A stretch of DNA of 64,000 nucleotides, from assembly GCA_965153355.1 (NCBI GenBank), contig OZ231126.1:38812001-38876000 (forward strand), read 5' to 3'. The notes under the pieces are model-generated. The model did not search any database, was not told the DNA's origin, and saw nothing but the letters and a program-made list of their open reading frames with translations. Of the stretch, positions 53,730 to 64,000 are shown one piece after another. The position numbers and the translations under genes were made by a program. Source of the stretch: Flaccisagitta enflata. Taxonomy: Eukaryota. How positions within the stretch are numbered: the first letter of the stretch is position 1; every line of letters begins with the position of its first letter.

Positions 53730-56700
53730 ATGGACATGCAATTAGCAAACTTTGAAGCTAAGAAGAGAGAAGAGAAGAAGAAGAGAGTTGATGCAATTTT
53801 GATTGATTCGTGGTCTGAAAGGCTTTCAAAAGACAGTAACGTATCGGTTAAAAAGGAGATGCATTTTAAATGCACTTCTTTATGCAAGGAAAGAAAAGCG
53901 CAAAAAATCAAAGACGTTTCAATCAAAGTTGCTCCAAAAAAGAAATCAGAAAAGAAAAAAAGAAAGCAAAAGAAAAGCGAGTTTCAAAGACCAATTGATT
54001 GCAGAGTTGACGCCTTTATCAACAGAAGTATTTTGAGAAAGCAGAAAAGTGGAGAGGAGAAACAAGTTGATCGACTGGTCAAAGATATTTTAAGAAAACG
54101 TTTGGTCAAGGATGTTTGCTCTTCTCCACTGCATCACTATAAGGGGGTTTGTCCATCTGCAGGCTCCTCAATCCTGAATCCTCAATCCAATGGTTTGTCT
54201 GCCAATCAACCCAAGAATTTGTCTGCTGATCAACCCGATACTTTGTCCGCTGGTCAACTTGCCGGTATATCTGATGATCAACTTGTTGGTGTGTCTGTTG
54301 ATATGTCCATTGGTCTATCTGATGATCCACCGTGCGGTCCTGAAGTTGATCCATCCATTGATCTATCTGTCAATCTATCCGCTGATTCATCTTACGACCT
54401 TTCAAATACTTCATTTTTTTATCATTCCGTTGGTCCAAAAATTGATCAACATGAGAGAGCAAATGCTGAGACGAGACTAAGGCAAAAAATTGTGTCTTTA
54501 GAACAACGACGCACAGCAACCAAGACTAAAGATATGATTTTTGAGCATATCACCAAACCCAACAAGCCTCGCAATTTTGGAAAGAAACAACAACAAAAAG
54601 TTGTGAAAAAAATGAAAAAATTCTTCAACTGTTTTACTTCCGAGTCCCATCAATTAACATCAGAGAAAATCCGTGTGACCTATCACACACGAAATGGTAT
54701 AATGGTAGAACATGTTGAAGCTAATGGTTCATGCAATACCATCTATAACAATATGAACCTTAGTGGAGGCGGCAAGAAGAGAACAGCCAGTGAAGAGAGA
54801 GATAGAAAAAGAAAACAAAGAGCTAAACAAGATGAGAAGAAAAAAGAAAAACTGAGAGAAGAAGCAAAGAATAGAATGAAGAACACGAGAGAAGAGCAGC
54901 CAGAAGAAGAAAAAGATGAATTTAGGGAAGAAGCAAAGAATAGAATGAAGAAGTTAAGGGAAGAGCAAAATGAGGAACAAAAAGAAGATGAGAAAAGCAG
55001 GGACAGAAAAAGAAAACAGCAACTGAGGGAAAAGAAAAATGAGGAAGAGAAGGAACAAGAGATGAGCAAGGACAGAAGAAGAAAACAGCAACTGAGGGAA
55101 GAGATCATGGTGATAAGAGGGGCAGGATTAAGAGAAGAAGCAAAGAATAGAATGAAGAACACGAGGGAAGAGCAGCCAGAAGAAGAAAAAGATGAATTTA
55201 GGGAAGAAGCAAAGAATAGAATGAAGAAGTTAAGGGAAGAGCAAAATGAGGAACAAAAAGAAGATGATAAAAGCAGGGACAGAAAAAGAAAACAGCAACT
55301 GAGGGAAAAGAAAAATGAGGAAGAGAAGGCAGAAGAGATGAGCAAGGACAGAAGAAGAAAACAGCAACTGAGGGAAGATCAAGGTGAGGAAGAACAAACA
55401 AAGAGTAAGCAAAAAGCTACTGAAGTTTTCAGTGATGAAGCAACAAAAAAGCTGATCTCCACAATGAGGAAGATTCAGATTCAATCTCACGATGAATCAT
55501 ACCAGGTAAATAGAAAGGAGATTGAATCTGAATTTCACAGTTTTTTCAAAGCAATTGCTGATGGACCTCATTTTTACTGTGTTTCATGTGCGCGAAGTAT
55601 GTTCCGTGAACAAGTGGTAAAACTGTCACAACTTATGAGAAACAAAAAAGTTTCTCATGGTAACATCAACATTGACTGGTTTAAGGATATCCCTAGTATT
55701 GATAACTGCTTGTATATCTGCAAGACATGTCAAAATCACATAACACGAGGTAATCTTCCCAAGTTAGCTGTGGCTAACAGCAATGAATTACCTAATGTTC
55801 CTGAATTACCTAATGTTCCTGATTTTATTAAGACTTTGAACGATGGAGAAGAGAGGCTAGTGGCACCACGCACCTTCTTTGTGAGAGTAAAAAGCCTTGG
55901 TATTGGTGCTCAACGCGGCATTGTTAGTAATGCTGTGAATGTACCAATACCAATGGAAAAAATGGTCTCTCAGCTGCCACTTACTTCTGCTGATAATGTT
56001 GTTACTCTGAATTTCAAACAAAAACTTAAGTATGACCATTCATACCTCACCATGAATATAAGTTTGGAAAATGTTTGCTCTGCATTGAATTACCTCATCA
56101 ATACAGAGCTTTACAAAAAGTTGGATATTACCCTAAGTGAGGGTAATATCTTACTCTTGAGAAACAACATAACCAATTCTATCATTGTCCCTCCATGTCT
56201 TGATGATATACAAGAGACTGTTGATGTTCCTAGTGATGTTGTTATGACTGATTGTGACAATATGTCTAGTGGAATGAATGGAGATACAGTTGCTGAGCAT
56301 GACATGGCAAATGATAATGTCAATGGTGTTGAAGATTGTGAAAATGCTCCTGAAAACGATGAAGTTGTTGATGATGAAGATGATGATGGATGGACTGAAA
56401 AAATGGAAAAGGAATGTCTAAATGTAGGTAATTCTGACACAATGATACTGAATGAGATCGAAGACATTAGCAATATTTCAATGGCATTGAAATCATTCAG
56501 TATCGCGCCGGGGGAGGGGCAAGTACCTCTTCCCCTGACTCTAGACCAACATGCGCTCAGAGCTGCGTATCCTACTCTCTTTGCAGGTCAATTACCCAAA
56601 GAAGGTTTGATATCACTCTCTATTGCGGATGTTGCAAAGTTGTACATGGAGCATCGTGATCCAAGGTTTCGTTTACACAACCAATTTCCATTTGCTCTTT

Positions 56701-56927
56701 ATCGTGTTGCACAAACATTTGCACTAAAAAATTCAGTGTTTGTGAACCTGAAAAAGAACAAATGCCTGGATGGTTCAAATATCACTGCCAAGGACATTTT
56801 AGGAACCTCAGGTAATAGTCTCATCCAGCATAATAGTGGGTATAAAGTACTCATGTCTGATAGGTCATCGCCAGCCTATTGGCAAAAAATTCAAGGTGAG
56901 TTAAAAGGGATGATACGCCAAAAATGT
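53730..56927 (+). CDS. Helitron/Helentron Rep-helicase N-terminal half (STPR-like repeats, Cys-rich/DUF6570-like region), truncated before the HUH motifs
   Basis: GPHFYCVSCAR, YICKTC, PKLAVAN, EERLVAPR, AVNVP, ALNYL..ELYK, IAPGEGQVP, YPTLF, DPRF, RSSPAYWQ, GMIRQ: the motif order I recognise ahead of the Rep domain in Helitron-like proteins. The annotated ORF tail to 56966 comes from the MITE. Confidence 0.85.
54855..55378 (+). repeat. 276-bp (92-aa) in-frame tandem duplication of 23-aa charged repeats
   Basis: REEAKNRMKNTREEQPEEEKDEF... starts at 54855 and again at 55131. Confidence 0.9.
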
Positions 56928-57385
56928 GAGTTAGTCTGCTTTCCACCAGCCTCTAGACTAATATGAGGGTGGGAAATCCAATGGTGAGGTCAGAAATGCT
57001 CTAGGACAAAGATTTATGACTTCAACCCAGACCTGAATGAGCATTTAGGCCCCGCACTGGACATTTTTGACATTTTCAGCACTCGAACTTGGGAGCCTAC
57101 TCAAAGCTTGCCCCCCTACTAAGCCTCTGGGCTCAAATCAGGATTTTATGTTTTTCTAGTTCTTCTAGATCAGTGAGAGAGGTCGCGAGAGGTGTTGTTC
57201 CCTGCCTGAATGCCAGTTTTGAGGGACAAAAGACAAACGGTAGCCATGTACTAACAAAATGTGGCAAAATGCATACTCAGGTCAGGGTTGACCTCATAAT
57301 TCTTTGTCCTAGACCATTTTTGACCTCACCATTGGATTCCCCACCCTCAAATTAGTCTAGAGGCCAGTGGAAAGCAGACCGACTC
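56928..57385. mobile_element. Palindromic MITE with GAG...CTC termini (Sola-like?) at the point where the Helitron ORF ends
   Basis: GAGTTAGTCTGCTTTCCAC / GTGGAAAGCAGACCGACTC and about 120-bp paired arms; no clean TSD. Confidence 0.7.
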
Positions 57386-59451
57386 AATTACTTCTTATTC
57401 TCCTCTTTTTCTGAAAGATATTACCCTAAGGGCCCCCAAAAAAGTCCCTAATGAGGATTTTTTTGAAACAAGTTTGATAGACAAACAATAGATGTGCCCT
57501 CGTCGGTACTGGTAGGTTTTTTTTTTTTTTAGGTAACCTTGAAGCATTTTAGACTGAAACAATTTCGCATTATTGAGATAAGGTGAATATATGTGATAAG
57601 AGGAGAAAAATGATGCGATGACATGCATTTTTCCAATTCTTTAATTCCATTTGAATGAATAGGATAAGCATCAGTTCATCATAAATTCAATACCTTTTAC
57701 TTATTTCGTCAAAAAGTTGGGATCGAATTCGTTATAAGGGCTTGTGTAGGGTAGGGAGGGGTGGGAGGGGTGGGGGGAAATCCACCGTCGCCCCACCCCT
57801 CGGTTGAATTTACCCACCCCTCACATCATCAGTCCACCCTCACTTCATTTTTCCAACTCAACGTGAAACTTAAAAATCACTATTACCCCTCGATCCACCC
57901 CTACCCCTCGATCCACCCCTACCCCTCAATCCACCCCTACCCCTCAATCCACCCCTACCCCTCAATCCACCCCTACTTGTACAAAAATCTCATTTACATA
58001 TTGCAGTCTCAATACCTTTAAGTTCAAGGATTCATATCAAAACTAAAAAGGGTGGTGGTGGGGAGGGTGGTGGTTCAAAATTGACCTACCCTTTAGGCTC
58101 CACCTCGTATACCCCTAGGTTCACCCCCTAGGTCTACCCCTAGGTCTACCCCTAACCCTAAACCCAACATTACCCCTAAACCCAACATTACCCCTAAACC
58201 CAACACTACCCCTACCCCTATCCCTCCATCCACCCCTACCCCTCCATCCACCCCTACCCCTCGATCCACCCCTACTTGTACAAAAATCTCATTTACATAT
58301 TGCAGTCTCAATACCTTTAAGTTCAAGGGATTTCATAGTTCAAAAAACCAAAAAGGGTGGTGGTGGGGAGGGTGGTGGTCTGGGGGACCACCTGCCTGTT
58401 TCACCTCGGTATACCTCTAGGTTCACCCCTAGGTTCACCTCCCCAACCCCATTACCCCTAACCCAACACTACCTCAACCCCAAACCCAACACTACCCCTA
58501 ACCCTAAACTTCAACACACCCTAGGTCTACCCCTATGTCTACCCCTAACCCTAAACCCAACACTATCCCTAACCCTTAACCCAACACTACCCCTAACCCT
58601 AAACCCAACACTGCCCCTAACCCAAAACCCAACACTACCCCTAGGTCTACCCCTAGGTCCACCCCTACAGGCTTTTACTCAAAACTTGATAAAATTCAAG
58701 ATTACAAAAAGTACAAAATCTCTATTTACATATTGCAGTCCTAATACCTTTGTCATGATTTCATAATTAAAACAAAAAGAAGTTGACCCACCCCTCGGTC
58801 TACACCTCAGTCTACCCCTCAGGCTACCCCTAGGTCTACCCCTAGGTCTACCCCTAGGTCTACCCTAAACTTTTAGGTCTACCCCCTTCAGGTCTACCTC
58901 AGTCTACCCCCAAGCCTTTACTTCAAACTGAAAAATTGCAAGATTGGCAAAAAGTACAAAAATCTCTACTTCATATATCAGTCTAAGGGATTCATAATTA
59001 AAAAAAAACAAAAAGGGTGGTGGTGGGGGAGGGTGGTGGTTCAATATGAAATTGACCTACCCCTCGGTCTACCCCTGTCTACTCCCTGCTTTTACTTCAA
59101 AAACTTGATAAAATTCTTAAGTTTCAGCCTACTTGTACAAAATCTCATTTACATATTGCAGTCTCAATACCTTTAAGTTCAAGGGATTTCAATTCAAAAA
59201 CTAAAAGGGTGGTAGGGGAGGTGTGGTTCAAATTGACTCCACTGCCCACTTTGTTCACTCCTCTCTCGGTATACTCCCTAGGTCTACCCTAGCTCTACCC
59301 CTAACCCTAAACCCACCATTACCCCTAAACCCAACACTACCCCTACCCCTACCCCTCCATCCACCCCTACCCCTCCATCCACCCCTACCCCTTGATCCAC
59401 CCCTACCTGCACAAAAATCTCATTTACATATTGCAGTCTCAATACCTTTAA

Positions 59452-60345
59452 GGCTATCGTTGCTTCAAAATGAAGTTACCCTGAATTTTTTTTTCTTTTA
59501 TAGAATGATAAATACTAGTGTAAGAAACCCCTTCAAAAAATTTCAGAAAATTGAAAAAACCCAAATATGAGCAATTTTTCAGACGCTCGCTAGCCTGACT
59601 GGGGCAACGGAGGAAGCTGAAATTTTTACTGAAGATAGAGAAGACATGTGGCCAGGGTAGACCTGTAAAAAGAAATTCAAATTTTATTATTTTACATACA
59701 ATAAATCCAAGAAGAAATCTGTAAAATGTAACCATATAGAGGCTAGTAGCTTTTTTGGGAATTTGTTCCAGGTCTACCCTGGCCACATGTTTTCTCGATC
59801 TTCAGTAAAAGTTTCAGCTTCCTACATTGCCCCAGTCAGGCTAGCAAACGTCTAGAAAAATGTCATTATTTTGCTATTCATTAGAGTAAAAATCGTAAGA
59901 AATACTGGGTAAAGGTACAACTTATGAACAATTTTTTTCATCAACTCTTTTATAGTCTCCCTAACTCTCAGTTTTAAAGCACAAATTCATAGAAGCAGTC
60001 AGCGTCTGTGGCTAGTGAGTAGATTGCCTGACATGAGCACTGTGATAATGCGCAGGGTGAGAATAGAAATGAATTTCTTGAAACATTGACCTGGGAAAAA
60101 GAGTTTGTGATTAAGGAGGGGCAGACACCCTCCTTAAGTCTGTTGTTCAAATCCTCCTCTGATACATTGATAATTTTCATTTTTTCCTCTTTGCTTTACC
60201 AAAGCATTCCTGATTTTGTTTTCGCTTTGTATCTTGGGTCAGGCAAATGCTCTATGGTTGAAAATTGAAAGAGAGACCCTCTTAACGCACATTGGTCATG
60301 AAAACAGATTTTTAAATATTCGACTATCTTGAGGAAATGTAAGCC
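59452..60345. mobile_element. Kolobok-like non-autonomous element (TTAA TSD)
   Basis: Splits the module ATACCT|TTAA|GTTCAAGG. TIR GGCTATCGTTGCTTCAAAAT vs GGCTTACATTTCCTCAAGAT. Internal palindrome at 59575-59860. Confidence 0.75.
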
Positions 60346-61629
60346 TTAAGTTCAAGGGATTTCATAGTTTAAAAAACAAAAAAGGGTGGTGGTGGGGGAG
60401 GGTGGTGGTTCAAAAATTGACCTACCTCAGTCTACTCCAGGTCTACCTAGGTTCACCTCTCTAGTCTACTCCCAACCTAAACTCCAACACTATCCTAACC
60501 CCCAAACCCAACATCACCCCCTAACCCTAAACGTGCAACACTACTCCCTAGGTCTACCCCCAGGTCTACCTCACCTCCAACCCCAACATTCACCCGACCT
60601 TGGGTTCAACACTACCCCCAACCTCTGTCCCCAAGACTACCTCTGTGGTCTCACCCAGGTTCACTCCCAGGTTCACCCCCAGGTCTACCTCAGGTTCACC
60701 CCAGGTCTACCCCAGGTCTACTCCCTCAGGTTCATCTCCCTAGGTTTTTTTAAACTTCAAAAATTTGATGAAATTGCAAGTTTACAAAAAGTACAAAAAT
60801 CTCATATATATATTGCAGCCTCAATATTTTTAAGTTCAATGAATTTCATAATTCAAAAAACCAAAAAGGGTGGTGGTGGAGAGGTGGTGGCTCGTGTTGG
60901 GTTTAGAGTTAGGGGTAGTGTTGGGTTTTAGGTTTGGGTAAAGGCTTAGGCCAGGCAAAAGGCCGGTGTTGTGCAGTGCTGCCTAGGTTAGGGCATGTTG
61001 GTCGAGGTTAGGCAGTATTGGGCCAGGCTTGTGTGTGCTACGAAAGAGGTGGTGCTGGGGCTTAGGCCAGGGTGTGCTGGTTTAGGCCAGTAGTGTAGGC
61101 TCTAGGGTTAGGTGCAGTGCTGGGCCGAGGGTTAAGGGTTGTGTTACACAATTAACAATGCCTTCCATCCACCCTACCCTTGACCCACCTCCCCTACTCG
61201 ACCCACCCCTACCCCTCGACCCACCCCTACCCCTCACCTTCCCCTCAGCCCACCCCTACCTACCCCTCGATCCACATCCCACCCCTCGATCTACCCCTCG
61301 GGTTAAATTCCCACCCGTCGCTACCCCTGCATAATTCCATCCACCCGTCGGATTTTACCCACCCGTCGCTACCCCTCGCTACCCCACACAAGCCCTTATA
61401 ACGAATTTTAACCAAAAGTTTCTTTAGGACTTTTTATCAAACTAATCAGGTAAGATGCTACCTACTTTTTACTTGGAGAACTTGATGCCTCAATCGATCC
61501 TAAGACTCAAAAAACAATACCGGGTCGATTCAGTTGAAACTAGGATTTTAATATTTTGAAAAATGAATTGAGGTGGGAGGGACGGGGGCTGGTTCAACAA
61601 CAACAACTGGAGCTTGCTAAACAATTGTT

Positions 61630-62385
61630 GACTGTTTGAGAGTGATTTGGCGTGAATAGGGTGACATTGAGAAAATGGGTTTCGGACGGAGACGGACACA
61701 CCCTCTTATAGAGATGCGAGGACGCATCTAATAATGATTGAGGACTGTTTGAGAGTGATTTGGCGTGAATAGGGTGATATTGAGAAAATGGGTTTCGGAC
61801 GGACGGACACACCCTCTTATAGAGATGCGAGGACGCATCTAATAATGATTGAGGACTGTTTGAGAGTGATTTGGCGTGAATAGGGTGATTGAGAAAATGG
61901 GTTTTGACGGACGGACACACCTTCATAGAGATGCAGGACGATTAATAATGATTGGGACTGTCGGAGAGTGATTTGGCGTGGGAATAGGGTGACATTGAGA
62001 AAATGGGTTTGACTACGGACACACCTTCTTATAGAGATGTGAGGACGCATCTAATAATGATTGTGGACTGTTTGAGAGTGATTTGGCGTGAATAGGGTGA
62101 CATTGAGAAAATGGTTTCGGATGACGGACATTGACTTTATAGATGAGGGACGCATTCATTAATGATTGTGGACTGTTTGAGAGTGATTTATGTGAATAGG
62201 GTGACATTGAGAAAATGGATTTCGGACGGACGGACACACCCTCATATAGAGATGCTAGTATTCATCTTACAATGATTGTGGACTGTTTGAGAGTGATTTG
62301 GCGTGCAGAGGGTGACATTGAGAAAATGGGTTTTGGACGGACAGACACATCCTTTTCTTATAGAGATGCGAGGCGCATCTAAAAA
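61630..62385 (+). repeat. Seven ~110-bp tandem units, each ending in a HINE-type 3' hairpin
   Basis: GACTGTTTGAGAGTGATTTGGCGTG...GGACGGAC..CTCTTATAGAGATGCGAGGACGCATCTAA; the last unit ends in AAAAA. Confidence 0.85.
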
Positions 62386-64000
62386 GTAGTGCAATTGATG
62401 GGAAATTGTTTGATTCGTCTACATCCAAAATCTTGTATTTTCACTTTTTCTCATAAAACTTAATAAGGATCGATCTAATTAGTTAAAGATGTCTCATGTA
62501 GGGTAGTGAGGTGGAGGTGGTCGAGGGTGTGAGACCACCCCTCGGCCCCACCCTCCCACCCCTTGGTTGAAATTGACCACCCCTTGGTTTACCCCTCCCA
62601 CCCCTCGGTTTACCCCTCCCACCCCTCGGTTTGCGACCTCCTCAGCTTACCCTCGTCCACCCCATCGGTCTACCCCTCGTTCTACCCCTGGGTCTACCCC
62701 TGGGTCTACCCCTGGGTCCACCCCTCGTTTTTTTTATACTTCAAAAATTTAATAAAATTGCTAGTTTGCAAAAAGTACAAAAATCTCATTTACATATTGC
62801 AGTCTCAATACCTTTAAGTTCAAGGGATTTTATAATTCAAAAAACCAAAAAGAGTGGTGGCGGGGGAGGGTGCTGGTTCAAACTGAAATTGTTTATAAAA
62901 TACACGACTATCATTTAAATTAAAATGAAAATGTCTACCCCTCGGTCTACCCCTCGGTCAACTTCGGGTCTACCACTGGGTCTACCCCTCGGTTCTTTTT
63001 TATACTTCAAAAATTTGATAAAATTGCTAGTTTACAAAAAGTACAAAAATCTCATTTACATATTGCAGTTTCAATACCTTTAAGTTCAAGGAATTTCATA
63101 ATTCAAAAAAACAAAAAGGGTGGTGGTTTAAACTGAAAATGCACAGCTATCATTTAATTTACAGCCTAGAGAAAAGAAACATTTTGCAGATATATATATA
63201 TAGACATTTTTCCCATAGCAAGTAAAATATTTCATTCGTGGTAAAACAAAACCTTTTACCTTAAGCAAGTTAAAATTTGCCTAACCCCAACACAACCCGT
63301 AACCCTAACACAACCCTTAACCCTAAACTCAACATTACCCCTAGCCCTAAACCTAACACAACCCTTAACCCTAAACCTAATACAACCCTTAACCCTAAAC
63401 TCAACATTACCCCTAACCCTAAACCCAATACTACCTTTAACCCTAAACTCAACATTACCCCTAACCCTAAACCTAACACAACCCTTAACCCTAAACCTAA
63501 CACAACCCTTAACCCTAAACCCAACACTACCCCTAACCCTAAACCCAACACTACCGGTAGATTTTTTTCTCAGGCGGAAGTAGCTTAAAAAGTGCTTTTC
63601 TTGTACCTAAGAATGTGTTACGAGCGCCATGGCGTCATTTTTCAGTCAAAAATTATAAGATGTAAACATATTTCAAATTTCTACATCAAATTGAGAGGAA
63701 TTTCATGCAATTTCCTTCATTTTGCCCCTCTCTTATGTAGAAAATCGGGGAAAAAAATGCGTGATCTTTGCGTGATGGAGGCTTCCTACCAAATTTTTTC
63801 CATTTATGATCTATTCCAAAGTGTTTCTTACATCCTATTCCATTCACTCGGGCATCTTTGAGAACTAGATGAAAAAAAAAATGGAAGTAATCTATCGCAA
63901 ATACGAAAAATTGTGGCCTCCCGTATATTGTGACTCAACCGGGAAAACTTGGTTTTTTTCTGCTTGTTGATATATGTGCGATAAATCGCTCAGATTAAGC

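Larger units (their letters stand above)
57740..63556. repeat. Complex C-rich minisatellite region (CTACCCCT, CCCTAAACCCAACA units) with a recurring ~100-bp module
   Basis: AAAATCTCATTTACATATTGCAGTCTCAATACCTTTAAGTTCAAGG...AAAAGGGTGGTGG recurs about nine times (e.g. 57983, 58284, 59140, 60795, 62780, 63045). Confidence 0.85.

Noticed and set aside
61630-62385. CRISPR-like regular array
   Set aside because: Whole units repeat with no unique spacers, there are no cas genes, and the context is eukaryotic.
63277-63556. True telomere, or a PNTTLNPK repeat protein
   Set aside because: Degenerate 24-bp minisatellite, internal to the sequence, not pure TTAGGG or TTAGG.

Overview
Repeat-saturated eukaryotic (probably invertebrate animal) DNA with no complete host gene that I can recognise. 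Two protein-coding blocks are well supported. (1) A 5'-truncated CR1-type LINE reverse transcriptase (minus strand, about 10944-12530) with one in-frame stop, nested in an 8-bp-TSD hAT-like element. (2) A 3.9-kb Helitron/Helentron-type reading frame (53037-56927). It has an N-terminal SGNH/GDSL esterase separated by a single in-frame TAG, then a ubiquitin-like 'LSGG' motif, STPR-like 23-aa repeats and the Cys-rich/DUF6570-like pre-Rep region. A palindromic MITE cuts it off just before the HUH motifs. The rest is microsatellites, several satellites, many Helentron-associated (HINE/DINE-1-like) short elements and a deeply nested DNA-transposon stack at 20350-35082. That stack holds a 9-kb non-autonomous element with CACAGTG (RSS-heptamer-identical) ends and a 5-bp TSD (Transib-like), and a 3.6-kb foldback flanked by a 590-bp direct duplication. 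It also holds Kolobok-like TTAA insertions and two short Helitrons. A possible two-exon coiled-coil gene fragment lies at 39423-39811. There is an assembly gap at 40915-40924. All family assignments come from motif, TIR and TSD inspection by eye; no database search was run.
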